Below, in pieces: positions 1 through 12,153 of a stretch of DNA of 64,000 nt. Below the pieces are notes generated by a model that ran no database searches, was not told where the DNA came from, and worked only from the letters and a program-made list of their open reading frames with translations. Both the position numbers and the translations under genes were made by a program. Source of the stretch: Takakia lepidozioides (lineage: Eukaryota > Plantae > Bryophyta); assembly GCA_030704615.1 (NCBI GenBank), contig CM060734.1:40920001-40984000 (forward strand), written 5' to 3'. Position 1 is the first letter of the stretch, and every line of letters begins with the position of its first letter.

Positions 1-123
1 ACTGCTTCTTTGCAGTGGGCGACTCTGGGAGCTTTTTTTGCCCCTGATTTTGTATGTAAAGAATGGGAAATCATTTACGTTGCTGAGCTACATGCCTACA
101 GTCATATTGTCATGTGCATGCAG

Positions 124-471
124 GGAACGCAAGCGGCATTTGCAGCTTTTTCACAAGGCCAGGAAACGCTGGACCTTATAGATAAAGTAGTCATGCTAGC
201 CCCGGTCGCATATACCGCTGGAGTAACATCGGAAATAGCCCGAGTCGCAGCTTCGATCTACTTGGAGCAGGTAGGTTTAAAAATGTGATTGCCTTCCTGC
301 AGGCCGGTACTAGAAGGGAGGTGGGGACAGTCACCACCTATGGAGATATAGCATTAGCTGGTGAAAATAGCTAGCGGCAAATAATGTAGCAGATAAAGGA
401 CAGAAGGAAATTTAACATCGATCAAAAGGAGAGAGGGATTAAAGAAAGAAACACACTTAGCGTAGAACAAG

Positions 472-502
<31 letters not shown>

Positions 503-2273
503 TTAACTTCTCACCAAAGAATGGAAAGTGGTTGTTGGTGCAGTTCTTCGTGCAACTAGGCGTCAATGAGTTCTCTACTAAACTGTGAGCTTCTCATTCC
601 TCTTTCCTCACTACCTTCCTTTCTTTTGAACATGAAATGAATTATAGTTTCTCCGAGACTAGTCTTCGAATACTATGCATTAACGAGTTTGGAGCCCTAG
701 ATACATAAACTCACCAGGACTATATACCAGCGACTGCGATAAAAGAAATGAGATAGTGCACTTTGCACGCCTAGGACGTCTGTCAGGCTTTCAAAACAAA
801 AAACGTAAAGAGCAATCTGACAGACTAGCCTGGAGATATGAGTGATGACACCATAATTTGTAGTCTCTGCCATGATCACTCTAACTCGCTTGATCCTAAT
901 TTTATGCCTCTATTTCATTTCAGTTCATATATAGCGAGCTCAGGACAGAATTGAAACCAGCACATAGGCTGATGAATGAGGGGCATTACAAATGAATAAC
1001 TGGCATATGTGTCCATGGAACATTTGATGTTCAAAGCGAATTGGATGTCGCTCAGGGCTTCAGGCACACAGTTCGTTGATATACTGTGTTCCCGGACAAG
1101 CACGTCCCGAGCTTGCTACAAAGACTACGTCACTGCCTTCGCAGGTTGGTATTCCACCAGTCCTGAAATTTGAGGAGAGGCCTTGCCCTTCAGAACAAGA
1201 AGTAGTGCCCTTCTATAATGGTAAGTTTTACTATGTCAACTGTGAAAGGTAGTGGAAACATTGCACTTCGCTTGAAGGGAAATTGGCCTGTGATGGGCAG
1301 CGAAGGCTTTGAACAATATCATGCGGAAGTTCTAATGGACCAACAGCTTTTGATTGGATTATTCATTTCAAGTGAGACTGAAAACATTTGCATGCATCCG
1401 CTTGCTGAGCAGGACAAAACTGCTGCTTCAATACCAGCCGCAGACTTTACTACGACACATTTGAGACTCAAAGCACTGCCGTCAAGAATTTGGGACACCT
1501 CGCCCAGAGTGAGTTACAGACTTACCTTGAGATTTCCAACTTATTTGGTTATTCCTGAAATCCGCTGTCTCTGAGATTGACCTAAGGGCCATGAACAATC
1601 GACATTGTTCACTGTCGACGGGAGAACTAAATCGACAGACAATCTGCAACTGGTAGCAAGTGGGTGTTGGTGAGTATGATCTGGCAACACTGTTTGACCA
1701 ACATGTGGTGTATTAGAGTTTCAACCCACATCCAGATCTAGTGCTGAGGGTCAGAAAAGTTTGTCAGTTGGAGGTACCAGGAAATTGATCAGTATGTACA
1801 ACCTTTTCTCTCTCCACGATCTCTGTGAGAACGTTGTTGTACCCTTTCAGCAAGCTTACTACTTACTACTTTGAAAACTAGCATTTCAACCATGTGATGA
1901 ATTATGTGTAACTAAGGTCACTAGTTCCCTGGTGATCGGTTTTGACTCTTAATTATGTTTTGTGTGCGCAGTGCTTAGAACGGATCGATTTGCAAAATAC
2001 AACTATGGTCTCTTGGGTAACTTATGGAGATATGCATCTTTCAGCTCCCCTGCATATAACCTGGCATCCATCCCGCCTTCCAAACCGTTATTCCTTATCC
2101 ACGGAGGACAGGATGCCCTTGCAGACCCGCCTGATGTGCAACGCCTTCTTCAAGAGCTTCCAGGAAACCCTCAAGTTCTCTACCTGCCAGATTATGCGCA
2201 TATCGATTTCATACTCGGAGCGACAGCCAACACCGATGTGTACCCAAACATCCTCGCTTTCCTTAGCCCTTAA
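124..2273 (+). CDS. Acid triacylglycerol lipase (LIP1/lipase 2-like alpha/beta hydrolase), 5'-partial; exons 124-270, 544-584, 1056-1144, 1413-1508, 1972-2273
   Basis: GT-AG exons splice in frame: GTQAAFAAFS...LAPVAY (just after the GHSQG nucleophile motif), G.NCCFN...E.QSTAVKNLGHLAQ, LIHGGQDALAD (catalytic Asp), DYAHIDFI (catalytic His), TAA at 2271-2273. Confidence 0.92.
472..498. repeat. (GA)n microsatellite in lipase intron
   Basis: About 13 GA units read directly. Confidence 0.9.
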
Positions 2274-4049
2274 ATCTGATAGAGTTAGTCACTAGATCTT
2301 GAGTAGATTGCACCCATAATGTGGGGGATTAAAATTAGTGTTGGTCCCCCCCTCCCCAAGGATTATCACTTTTTTTATCTATACCAGCCCGAGTTCGGGT
2401 ACCGATCTTTTGGAAGTCTAAGACATACCCATCAAGGTACTAAGTTATCCTCGAAGGTGAGGTAGCCGCCGATCATTAACAGATTAAGGATTTTTGTAAT
2501 TATGCCTGTCATCAATCGATACGTACGGGTCCAAAATGGCATGAACTGCCTTGTATTAACGGGTTGATATGTATATATGACACTTGCATGAAATCAAGCA
2601 ACTATGATGCAACCAGACTACACTGGCGAGATCTCAATTTTTGAGATTCCAGCCACAAGTCAATGGGTGAAGTTTAAGACCGGTGCATGGAAGCAATTGA
2701 CAATTGACCTTGCGCACCATCAACCAACGTGTAGAGCCTGCTTAGATATACTCATATCTATTGTCAAAGATAAGCTTACCCTTTGTTGATTCTGGTTATT
2801 TTGATCAAGCCCAATATGGTCAATCATAAAATTGTCTATCAACTGTACCTGTACAACGTACATGTGATCAGCAAGGACCTCATGAAGCTGGACTGTGAAT
2901 TGGAAAATAGTTGTGCCGTATGGGGCATTCACTGACATCCCTGCAAGCATCCCAGGACATGCCTCCTGTGAACTGGAGCTACATTGTGCAGTACATATGT
3001 TACAATAATATCGTCTTGTCCACCGCAGATCTCCCTGCCTCAAATCTGACTTGTTGGTAATTTAGACCAGCTCTGAAATGCCAAGTTGCCCACGAAGTCC
3101 ATGTTTCTCATTTGGTCACGAGTTGGTCACAAGTCACAACCCCTTCGATGAATCTGAAGAGTTCCAGCACTACTGATCCATTATCATTTTGAACGGGAAA
3201 GCTTAGAACCCTCATAATAAACCAGCCCTAATCACAACCTGAGGTCCCAAAAGAGAACTTCCATGTAACTATGAATTGTACCCGACTTGCTACTCCCATT
3301 CATTGCCCCTCGCCCCTACAAAGTCACCCTACTTCAAAATCCTTCCTTCAGGTCCCTCTTATATCTCAACCTTCCTTCCGAGATATTCCTGCCACGAATT
3401 ACTTGGCGCAGAGAAGCTAGAAATCAAAGACGATCGTGTACGAGATTGCATGCAGGTGAGGGGCAGCACATCCCCTATGTGCCAAATCGTGGTGTCGACG
3501 CATTAACCAACACAGTGGTCGAGTTATGGCTTTCTTCCTCGTCGCTTCCACGTTTGTGGACGTGGACACATTCTCGTCGGCGGAAGGCTGGACGTTTCGT
3601 TCGTTGTAGGACGTGCCCTAGTCTGACATTAATGCTGGCCGTGTGGATGAATGTTCACAACGAACGTGGTCGGAATTGTGCCTAATATTCATGCGACGCG
3701 TTTCTTTCTTATTTTTAATATTTATTTATTTACGTTAATAAAGCGGTTCTGGTCGGAGAACCTCGCTTGGCAGATAACGGACCAACGGATCTGTTAGTTA
3801 CTGGAAACGGAACCGCTAACCGAAACTCGTTAGAGAGTTCTTGGCACGAACCCTAAACGTGGTCCACCGTGGCTCCAGTACCGCCGGAAAGCAACTGTAC
3901 CGGCAGTCCTGTGCAAGATCACGTCGCCGGCTGATTGTTTCACCTACGTTTTCACTTTTACTCGTCTACTTACCCACATTCAAGCATTCCGGGAGTCTAC
4001 ACATACAAATGTTTTTGCTAAAATTATGATATGGGTTTTTCTATTGAAC

Positions 4050-4910
4050 CCTCCCTCCAACTTACTAAGTACTAATTTTTTTTTCTCAAAACAGAGAAAA
4101 CAATAGAAATTCTACAATGGGTTTTTAGACTAGAGCTTTTGGGCCCACAATGGGGCTCAATGAACTGATTAAAATGTAGTTTTCAAGGAATTGGGCCCTC
4201 TTTGTGTAAACCTATTGGGCCCAAGCCTAAAGCCCAACCTACACCGATATCAGCCACTCTCCCATTTCTTCCGTTCTATGTCTTCTATGCTTCAAGTTGT
4301 CTCCCATCGATTCGTGTACTCCTACACTATGGAAGCAAGCAGGCGTAATATTCTTGTGGCCTTGTTTCTCTCGGTGGCCTTCAAGCCCGTGATTTCAACC
4401 ATTTTGGCATTGCAACAACTTATAAACAAGCAATTTGCTGGATTGTTGATGATGTTTGTGTTCATAAGGAAGGAAGAGGTCCAAGAGATAGAGAGGGCTC
4501 ATGACTCTATGGGCAGAACCTGCATTGAGTGCTTGCCGCGAGGTGGCTGTCGAGAGTCTCTAGTCTCTACCTGCATTCAACCCCTGTATGACATGTTTCA
4601 ATCCTACAGCTGTGATAGGCTTAAGCAAATTAATGGTAGGTTTCTTGGGCCCAAGGGAAAGAGTTGGGTCTCATCCCAAGAGCATTCCTTTTGAGGTTGG
4701 CTCCTTAAATCATGCCATGTAGGTAGCCATGTCATTTTCTTGGTCTTGGGCCTAGACCCTCCGTGTAAACCACTTGGGCCCGTTTGAGGCTCGGATTTCT
4801 TGTTTCTTGCTTGGTCTTTGGCCGGGGCCCTCATGTAAGCCGGCCCTAACTCTCCCTCCAACTTACTAAGTACTAAAAATTCTTTCTCAAAACAGAGAAA
4901 ACAATAGAAA
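4050..4910. mobile_element. Truncated MITE-like element bracketed by a ~60-bp direct duplication
   Basis: ctccctccaacttactaagtactaa...tctcaaaacagagaaaacaatagaaa occurs at ~4051-4109 and ~4852-4910. The interior has GGGCCC-rich ends and finishes with GCCGGCCCT at ~4839-4847, a hAT-MITE-like terminus; no matching left terminus is visible. Confidence 0.45.
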
Positions 4911-6858
4911 AAACTTTTAAGAAAAAAGCAAAGACCTGCAAAAGGGATGCAGTCCTGCAACCCCTCCCCACACACACACACACGAGATCATATGCACAGT
5001 GTGGGTAGGTACTTGTGTCCTGTTCTGCTTGAGTCTACTAAACCCATCCTAAGTCATGACATTCTTTTCTTCTGATAACATTCACTTGTAGCAGGCCTCA
5101 GGAGTAGTTAGGAGTTAGGACTGGAGGACTGGACCACTACTGTACAATATATGAGGGCCCAACTTGAAAATAAACAAGAAACACGACCACAGGTCTGATG
5201 CTTCCTGCAGTAAGGGATTTACCCAGTCTTGTTGACCCACCGCCTTTTTTCTCCGGATGTGGTCAAATGATACTCGCAACAGAGACTCGTTTGATACTAA
5301 AATAAAACGGAGGCTATGATTGGCTTTGAGTGGTCCGAATGGTAGTTATGGAGATTCTTTGAAGCAAACAGTGAGAGGGTGGGGGGGTGTTTGGTGAGAA
5401 ACAGGAAAGACGGTAGAAGGGAGGCGGCTAAATATAAACGGGGTCCGAGTATCCCGTGCAACGGCTACTCGTCAGAATTGGTGCTTGTCTCTTTCGATTC
5501 CGTCGACCGACCCCTCCCAAATTCTGAGTGTGGGTGCTAGTTTCTGTGATGGGTTTTTCCTCTTTTCTCTGTGCCTCGTCTTTTGATGTCTGAATGTGAC
5601 TTTGTGGTACAGCCTTTGACCTCTCTTTCTCTTCCCCGCCCCCGCCCAGTTCCTTCCCGGGACTTTTTTGAGTGCTTCGTGAGCTGGAGGGTTTTGTTTG
5701 TTTGTGTGTGTGAGTCTCTCTCTCTTCCGGATGTGATAAGTATCGGTCTTTCTTTCTCGCTTTCTGTTTGAGAGCTCTGTTATTCTCTGTTTATGGGCTA
5801 TGTTAGCGGGATTCTTCTCTATCTTTCATCTTTTCTCCCTCCTCCTACAAACTTAGGCGGCCAGAGGTACACACACTGGTGTGAATGCCACGACACACTA
5901 GCATTCAAGTAATTCAAGTACAGGGGTCCAATGCCAATCTCAACACTGGAGTACAATGCTGGTGGGATCGCTGATTTTCAGCGGCACTGGGGCGAGCAGA
6001 TTTTGAGATAGGCGTGGAGGCGTGAGTGAGAATGCTAGGGTCGTAAAGTGGACGTTAGCCTTTCTCGAAGGTGCATCTCGCCATCCCTTCACGCATGTGT
6101 TTCTGAGGGACTTCCACGGATTTTTCCTACCCATTCGGGCAATTCATTTCAGCTTAGTGCGCATTTTTTTATCACGTTCTTCTTGCAATGGGATCTTACT
6201 ATGGGCCACCGGGCTTCTTTTCAGAATTGAACTTTTTCAGGGCAGATTTTGGGAACACTCCATAGGCGCATGTCATCGTACACAATGCATAATCTTCTGG
6301 CACAGATTTGGATCTTTCTATGCATTCCACATTTTGGTTTCAAGCACGTCCAAACTGGTCGCAGGGTCTATGGCCACAATTCGACGAAGGCGGGAGTTGC
6401 GTGATTAGATGTTTCTTTTTCTCTCCCCATAACGTTTGGGCGCCATGAAGTAACACTCCTACATTTTTTGGTTGAAATCATGTTCAGCATTAGACGAATT
6501 CCATTCTATGAGAACGTTCTCTGTTACTAGAGAGTTTCCGCAGGGCCGGGAGCTCACAGGCTAATTCACTGCACTTCGATATACCACTTAACTCTCACAA
6601 TGTTAGTTGCCCAATTTTGTTTCCCTGTCGATCGCGGCCGAGGGGGAAGAAATTCATTCTCTTGACAGGACTAACCTACAGCGGGGGATTATCCCTTGGA
6701 AGGTGCGTCATAGCCACCAAGAAAGGTCATTGGATCTTTGTCCCTCCCAAGTATGCTGTCCAATTAGTACATCCGGTGTGATGAGGAAATAACAGGCTAT
6801 TTGCTTGATTGCCTGCAGGGGGCTGACTCTCCTGCTTAGGGTGCAGTATTTGAGTGGA

Positions 6859-9800
6859 ATGCATTTTCTTACGTTCACAACATGCTTCAAACAGAAGTTC
6901 AAGGCCGTCGATGACGTGATATGTGAGATTTCATCTCCCTCTCTTATTTCATGCCTAAAAGCGTAGAAGGTGGGTATACAAAGAATCTGACATCACTACC
7001 TTGTTTCCATCTTTTCTGCTTTTCCTGTTCTTGGTTCAGCTCCCATCAAACACAAGGTTTCAGAGAAAATTTATATGGACTGTATTGTTAAGGTTTGAGC
7101 TATTCAGTTTCAAATGTGGGATGTGCATATGAGGTTGGATCCTGTTTTTCACTGCTCGTCTGGGGGTTCTTGTGCTCTGTTGCATCATCTTCAGGGTTAA
7201 ACAAGTCAGCAGAGACATGGCAACTGGGTACTCTCATCCAGGTTCCACTTCCAATGAGACCATTGCCTATGGTGGCTCATGTTTTTACTTTCAAGGAAAT
7301 GCTAGAAGCCACAGGAAATTTCTCCAGTGATAATTTGCTAGGTGAGGGTGGATTTGGCCAGGTCTACCGAGGCATCCTTAGCGGTGGCAAGGTATGTTTG
7401 GTTCCCTTTTCTTCTGCTTGGATAGCTGTGATGTGGGATTCCTTTTTTGTATGCGGAGAGCTTGGACCAATTTTAATTGGCCATTCGCTCTCTGAGTCTG
7501 CCTGAATATGTGCTGATACGGGCTCCTCTTTGTACATGGAGCTTTGACCAAAATTAACTGTCACTTTGGTGGGTAATTTGGCCCAGTTCCTGTTCACATC
7601 CTCAGAACAAATCTCCACAGTGGCTGATGATGCTGTCCGTTTGTCAGTCCCATTGTTTCCTCCTCTTGCTTCCTACTTTTTATTCTTTAGTAATTTTCTG
7701 GAAGATGGAACATACGTTATCTTGCTTCTTATATTTGAGTCCTAGTCACCATCTTTTTGCCTTTTCCTTGATAACAATATCAGCCAATCGTCCATCAAAT
7801 GCTTGAATCCTGCAAAGACAATCATGTTTAAGTGTATTGATCTAGAGGTGTGGATAAGTACAGACGGTGGCAATCAAGCAAATGAACCCAGCTCTCAGCA
7901 TAGGAACACAGGGCGAGCGTGAATTCCGTGTGGAAGTTGACATACTGAGTCGTCTAAGCCACCCAAATCTGGTGCGTCTTATTGGATATTGTGCTGATCG
8001 TACCCATCGAATGCTAGTCTATGAGTTTATGACCAACGGAAATCTGCAAGAACATTTAAATGGTACCTCCCCTCTCCCTTCGTCCTCCACACAATCCCGT
8101 CCTCTTTCTTTACCTATGAGGACCAACAGTGCTTAGTCCCAGACCTGCATGGAGTCACCGCGTCTTCCTGCAATGTTTGGGCATTGATTTGTTCTTGGTT
8201 TCTGTGTTGTGCTCTGTGACCCATTGGTGCCTGTAGCTGTATAGTAAATCCTTTATTTCTTCTCTTTTTTGTCCATTCTTTGCACCTTCGAAGTCCTTTC
8301 TTTGTTTCTCGGTCGTTTTCCTCCTTTCCCAGTCCCATATGCTCGTTCAGCCTCCATGAATATTGTAAAGTTCCTTTCTCTCCTTCCCTTCCCTTTCCTC
8401 CTTAACACATGCAAGTTGGACATTGATTTCGAGTCGAGATAAAAATGAAGAGGCGAACGGTACTGACCCCATGCCCCTGGCAAATGAACTCTGATAAGTA
8501 CACCTCCTGTAAATCCATGACAATTATGGTTGAGTGCAGGTGTTTTAAGGCAAAAGATGGACTGGCAAGTTCGACTGCGGATCGCACTTGGGGCAGCTAA
8601 AGCCCTGGAGTATCTGCATTCAGGGCCAGCCACAGGAAACCCCATTATCCACCGCGACTTCAAGTCCAGCAACATTCTTCTTGATGAGAACTTTAGTCCA
8701 AAGGTACTGCCTGTGTTCATTGACGCCCACGATTTGCTACCCCTAGCTATGTTACCATCTTTCTGCAGTCCTACAGCTCGGTTCTTTGTACATGTGTCCC
8801 TTGGCCTCTTTGGGCCTCCCGTGGAGGTAATAATATTGTTACTTCTCTCTCTTTCTCACACTTGCACAACTACTGGAGTGAGCCAATTTTAGTTTCTGGT
8901 CCTTTTGTTCCGGCCAAACTGGGTGCGTGGCCTATGGCCACAAGGCTACACCAAACACAATCTTCTGAGTACATCTCTCAATTGAACACACTCCCCGCTG
9001 ACGGGTGTGTGCATTCTGAAGGTCCAATGTCTGTCAGGAAGGCCCAAAGTCAGAACATCTATTTCACCTAAATTGCTCCTGGTTGCTACAGCAATCTATG
9101 TCGGCAACGGAGTGTATGGTTGTCCTGTTGTCATCTTATGAAAGCAAACATGGTGCATGTTTTTGTTCACTGTCTTTTTGCATCTATGGCTAAACTCCAT
9201 GGTTGGAATATGGTTTTAGGTTTCAGATTTTGGACTGGCAAAGCTGGTTCCCTTTGGAAACAAGACCTACGTAAGCACAAGGGTGCTGGGCACGTTTGGC
9301 TACTTTGATCCACAATACACAGCAGTAAGTCATTATGCACACTCTTTGAGTCTTACTCTGTATACTTCCCTTCGTAAGGATGATCTGAAGGGCCTATCTA
9401 CCCTTGGGGCCGGACTGGAATTTGAATTCAGGGAGGGGAGTCTCCCTTCGAGCAACAAACAGATTCAGAGGGAAGGGAGATTGTCAATGCCCAATGTGCA
9501 GGTGGCCTGAAGACAAAATCCATTTTCTGATACAACGTCCCATCAGAGAGCAAACCTCTTCAGGACCATGAAGAACATAGTCCCTGCACCTCTGTTCACC
9601 AAATTTCAAAATCTCAAATGCTGAGGCTAAAGCCCGTTGGGGTCTACTTGCTGGGCAGTTCACACACAGCAGATTGATGCTTGTGTGAAGGCTTTCTAGA
9701 GGGAATCTGGAGAGCATGAACTAATTGTTTATAGCAAGGTAGGAGTGAGCCCCTCACAAAGGGAGTGTCTGTTCCCTCTTGTTCTGCCGAAACTGGGCAT

Positions 9801-10700
9801 GGGGTCTATGGTCACAAGGCTAGCGAAAGTCTTAAAAGTACTTTCTGTAAACTTCCCTTCTCATGGTCTATAAGATGTATGTGAGGATGACAGAGGAAAA
9901 AGAAGTGAACCTGGGCTCCATTAACACCCCGTGCATATGTGCCTGATTGGTTTGGGTCTTGTTTGGGGCCACAGACTGGACGGCTGACACTCAAGAGTGA
10001 TGTCTACAGTTTTGGAGTGGTCCTGTTGGAGGTCCTCACTGGCCGTAGAGCCCTCGATGACTCACAGTGCTTAAACAAACAGAATCTTGTGTCCCAAGTA
10101 TGTTTTCGTTAATTGTTTCTGTTTATGCCTAGCCAATTGTCTGTATTCTTCTTCTTCTTCCTCTTCTTCTTCTTCTATCCATGTTGCTCTCTGCCCTTCT
10201 TAATAAGTAGTTGTCATTTGGAGCTATTCAAGTCTGTCAGCAAGATCCTCTCTCCTATTACAGGAGGCTCCCGAGAAACGAAATTAAATGAATTGAAATG
10301 AAAAGTACTACGTCAGTAGGAGGGAGGATGTATCTTGCTCACAGACAAGAAACGTTATTGTGCTCAGGAAAACATACAGCTTTGGGGACACATAACCCAG
10401 CATGGCCCCATATTGTAGAGAAATACAGAGAGAAATAGACAGTCCATAAAATTTATCTAAAACAGTTGTGTATGGTGGCAGGTGAGGGATTCCCTACAGA
10501 GGAGAAACAAGCTGCGCAAAATAGTGGACCTTGAGATTAGCCCTGAGAGCTTCTCCATGCATTCTATCAAAAAGTTTGCCGACTTAGCCTCCCGTTGTGT
10601 TCGAGAAGATGACAGCAGGAGACCTACTATAGCAGAGTGTGTGCGAGAACTAGAGATTCTGTGTCTGCAAGCAATGGAACACCAAAGGACAAAAATATAG
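6859..10700 (+). CDS. PBL28: Receptor-like cytoplasmic Ser/Thr kinase, PBL28-like; exons 6859-6922, 7195-7391, 7864-8062, 8540-8703, 9220-9324, 9975-10097, 10482-10700
   Basis: Spliced ORF MHF...AETWQ...[11 protein letters not shown]...VAIKQM...[20 protein letters not shown]...[11 protein letters not shown]...DFGLAK...[14 protein letters not shown]...[23 protein letters not shown] and GTFGYFDP match Arabidopsis PBL28 as recalled. All junctions are GT-AG and in phase. Confidence 0.88.
8890..8975 (+). mobile_element. Short 3'-end copy of LINE family B (kinase intron)
   Basis: tttgttccggccaaactggg...tatggccacaaggctac...tgagtaca matches the 3' UTR of the LINE at 50388-51737. Confidence 0.8.
9378..9842 (+). 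mobile_element. 5'-truncated, diverged LINE family B copy (kinase intron)
   Basis: Encodes [10 protein letters not shown]...[11 protein letters not shown]...CPMC..PEDKIHF, homologous to DDLKGLPTLGTRLKFKLRAGSLP...CPFCGQSEDSIHF of ORF 50735-51523, followed by the same 3' UTR. Confidence 0.8.
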
Positions 10701-11422
10701 TAACCGTAAAACAACACTGCTCTTTCACCCCTGCCCTTCCTCTAAAAAGGGCCTGGAAATAATCACACTTGGAACTTGGAACCTGACTCCATCATGTGGG
10801 TACTTGGTAATGCCAGCTAAATCTCTTTCGCTCTTTCTCACTCTTTGGGTTTGTGAGGCATATGGAGGCCTAAGGTCACTATGCAAACCAAGAAACTGCA
10901 GGGGAGGGGTTAAATGGTACATCTCTCTTCCATCTCTCCTCCCTCTGTCCACCTACTTCGAATGAAAAAGTCCTTTCCCTAAAACTAGTGAGGCTCTTGA
11001 ATTAATTGCAGTCTAAGTGGACTATCAATCTGTATCCAGAGGTGACTTGTTGAAGGTCTCTCATTGAGACCTGTTTTCTCTTGCCATCATCGTTCACCAG
11101 TCATGTGCTTGTCTTTATTGGGCCTTGCTCAACTGTAGCAGTTTCGGCTTTTCAGAGTATGCTTGTTTCACTATCTTTGAGGTTAACGGTGTTGGATGCA
11201 GGGACACTGCTTGCGCCCTTACCGTTACATAACGATTCCTGTTGTTAGGGAAAATAAATGTGGTTGGGCTTGTAGATTGCCCTTCGAGGAAGATCAGGAG
11301 ATCAGCAGATTAGCTTTGAGAAAGTGGGCGAGCAGATTAGGCAATGAGAGGGAAGGCACATGCAGATTAGCAGGTCTCTCTTGTTGGTTATCTGTCATCA
11401 AGGCAAACCCACCACCTCCTTG

Positions 11423-12047
11423 TGTAACGGCCTCGTGATCACACCACACTCACCCTCACTACACTCATGAGTAGCTAGCTCTTGCCTCTAATCCTGCAAC
11501 ATCTGCCAAGAAATCCATCAACTAACTTTGGCACCTTCCCATCTGACGCTTAGTTATAGATCTCAGTCTGCAATCTTGTGCAGTCCACTTCAAATTGTAG
11601 AGAAGTGGTCGAGAATTCGAGCCTTTATGCTGGTTCTCGATGGGTTTTACTTGCGAAACAGTCTCTTCCCACTGCAATCCGTGGTAGCACTCTTAGATTC
11701 TTCGCTATTAGGAGAGCTGCAAAGGAAGAGCTCCAAAGTAGCTTGGCGTGAGAGATTAGCGGATAACGTGACACTCACCTTCTCTGCCGCCATCTTCTCC
11801 GCCGGTCTCTGCTCGAAGATCCAGATCCCTCTACCCCGCGTGGAGATTGGGGTCTTATTATCCAGGTTGCTTGTACTGTGTATGTACTATGCCGTGGACT
11901 AGGCGCGCCCCTCCTGACACAGTCTTTGAGATGCAATGATGGTCACTCTTCCCTTCTGTCTATTGATATCCATGTGTAGCTGCACAAACTAGAGCCCAAT
12001 GCAATCCGGTCCTGTAGAACTTCGATTCTCGACTGGTCAACGTTACA
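11423..12047. mobile_element. Possible solo LTR / LTR remnant
   Basis: Bounded by inverted TGTAACG...CGTTACA. No TSD (CCTTG vs TCTCC), so the call is weak. Confidence 0.3.
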
Positions 12048-12153
12048 TCTCCAGCTTCTAACCCTGTTCTTCTCAAATTCTCAAAATCAACCATCCCTCT
12101 AAGTTCTTTCTCATACATTGCTAGCTCGGGCCGTAAAGAGATCGTCGGCTGGC

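Noticed and set aside
3715-3900. Relic of the hAT subterminal region
   Set aside because: Only patchy similarity (GCGGTTC, GTTAGTT.CTGGAAA); no TIR or TSD.
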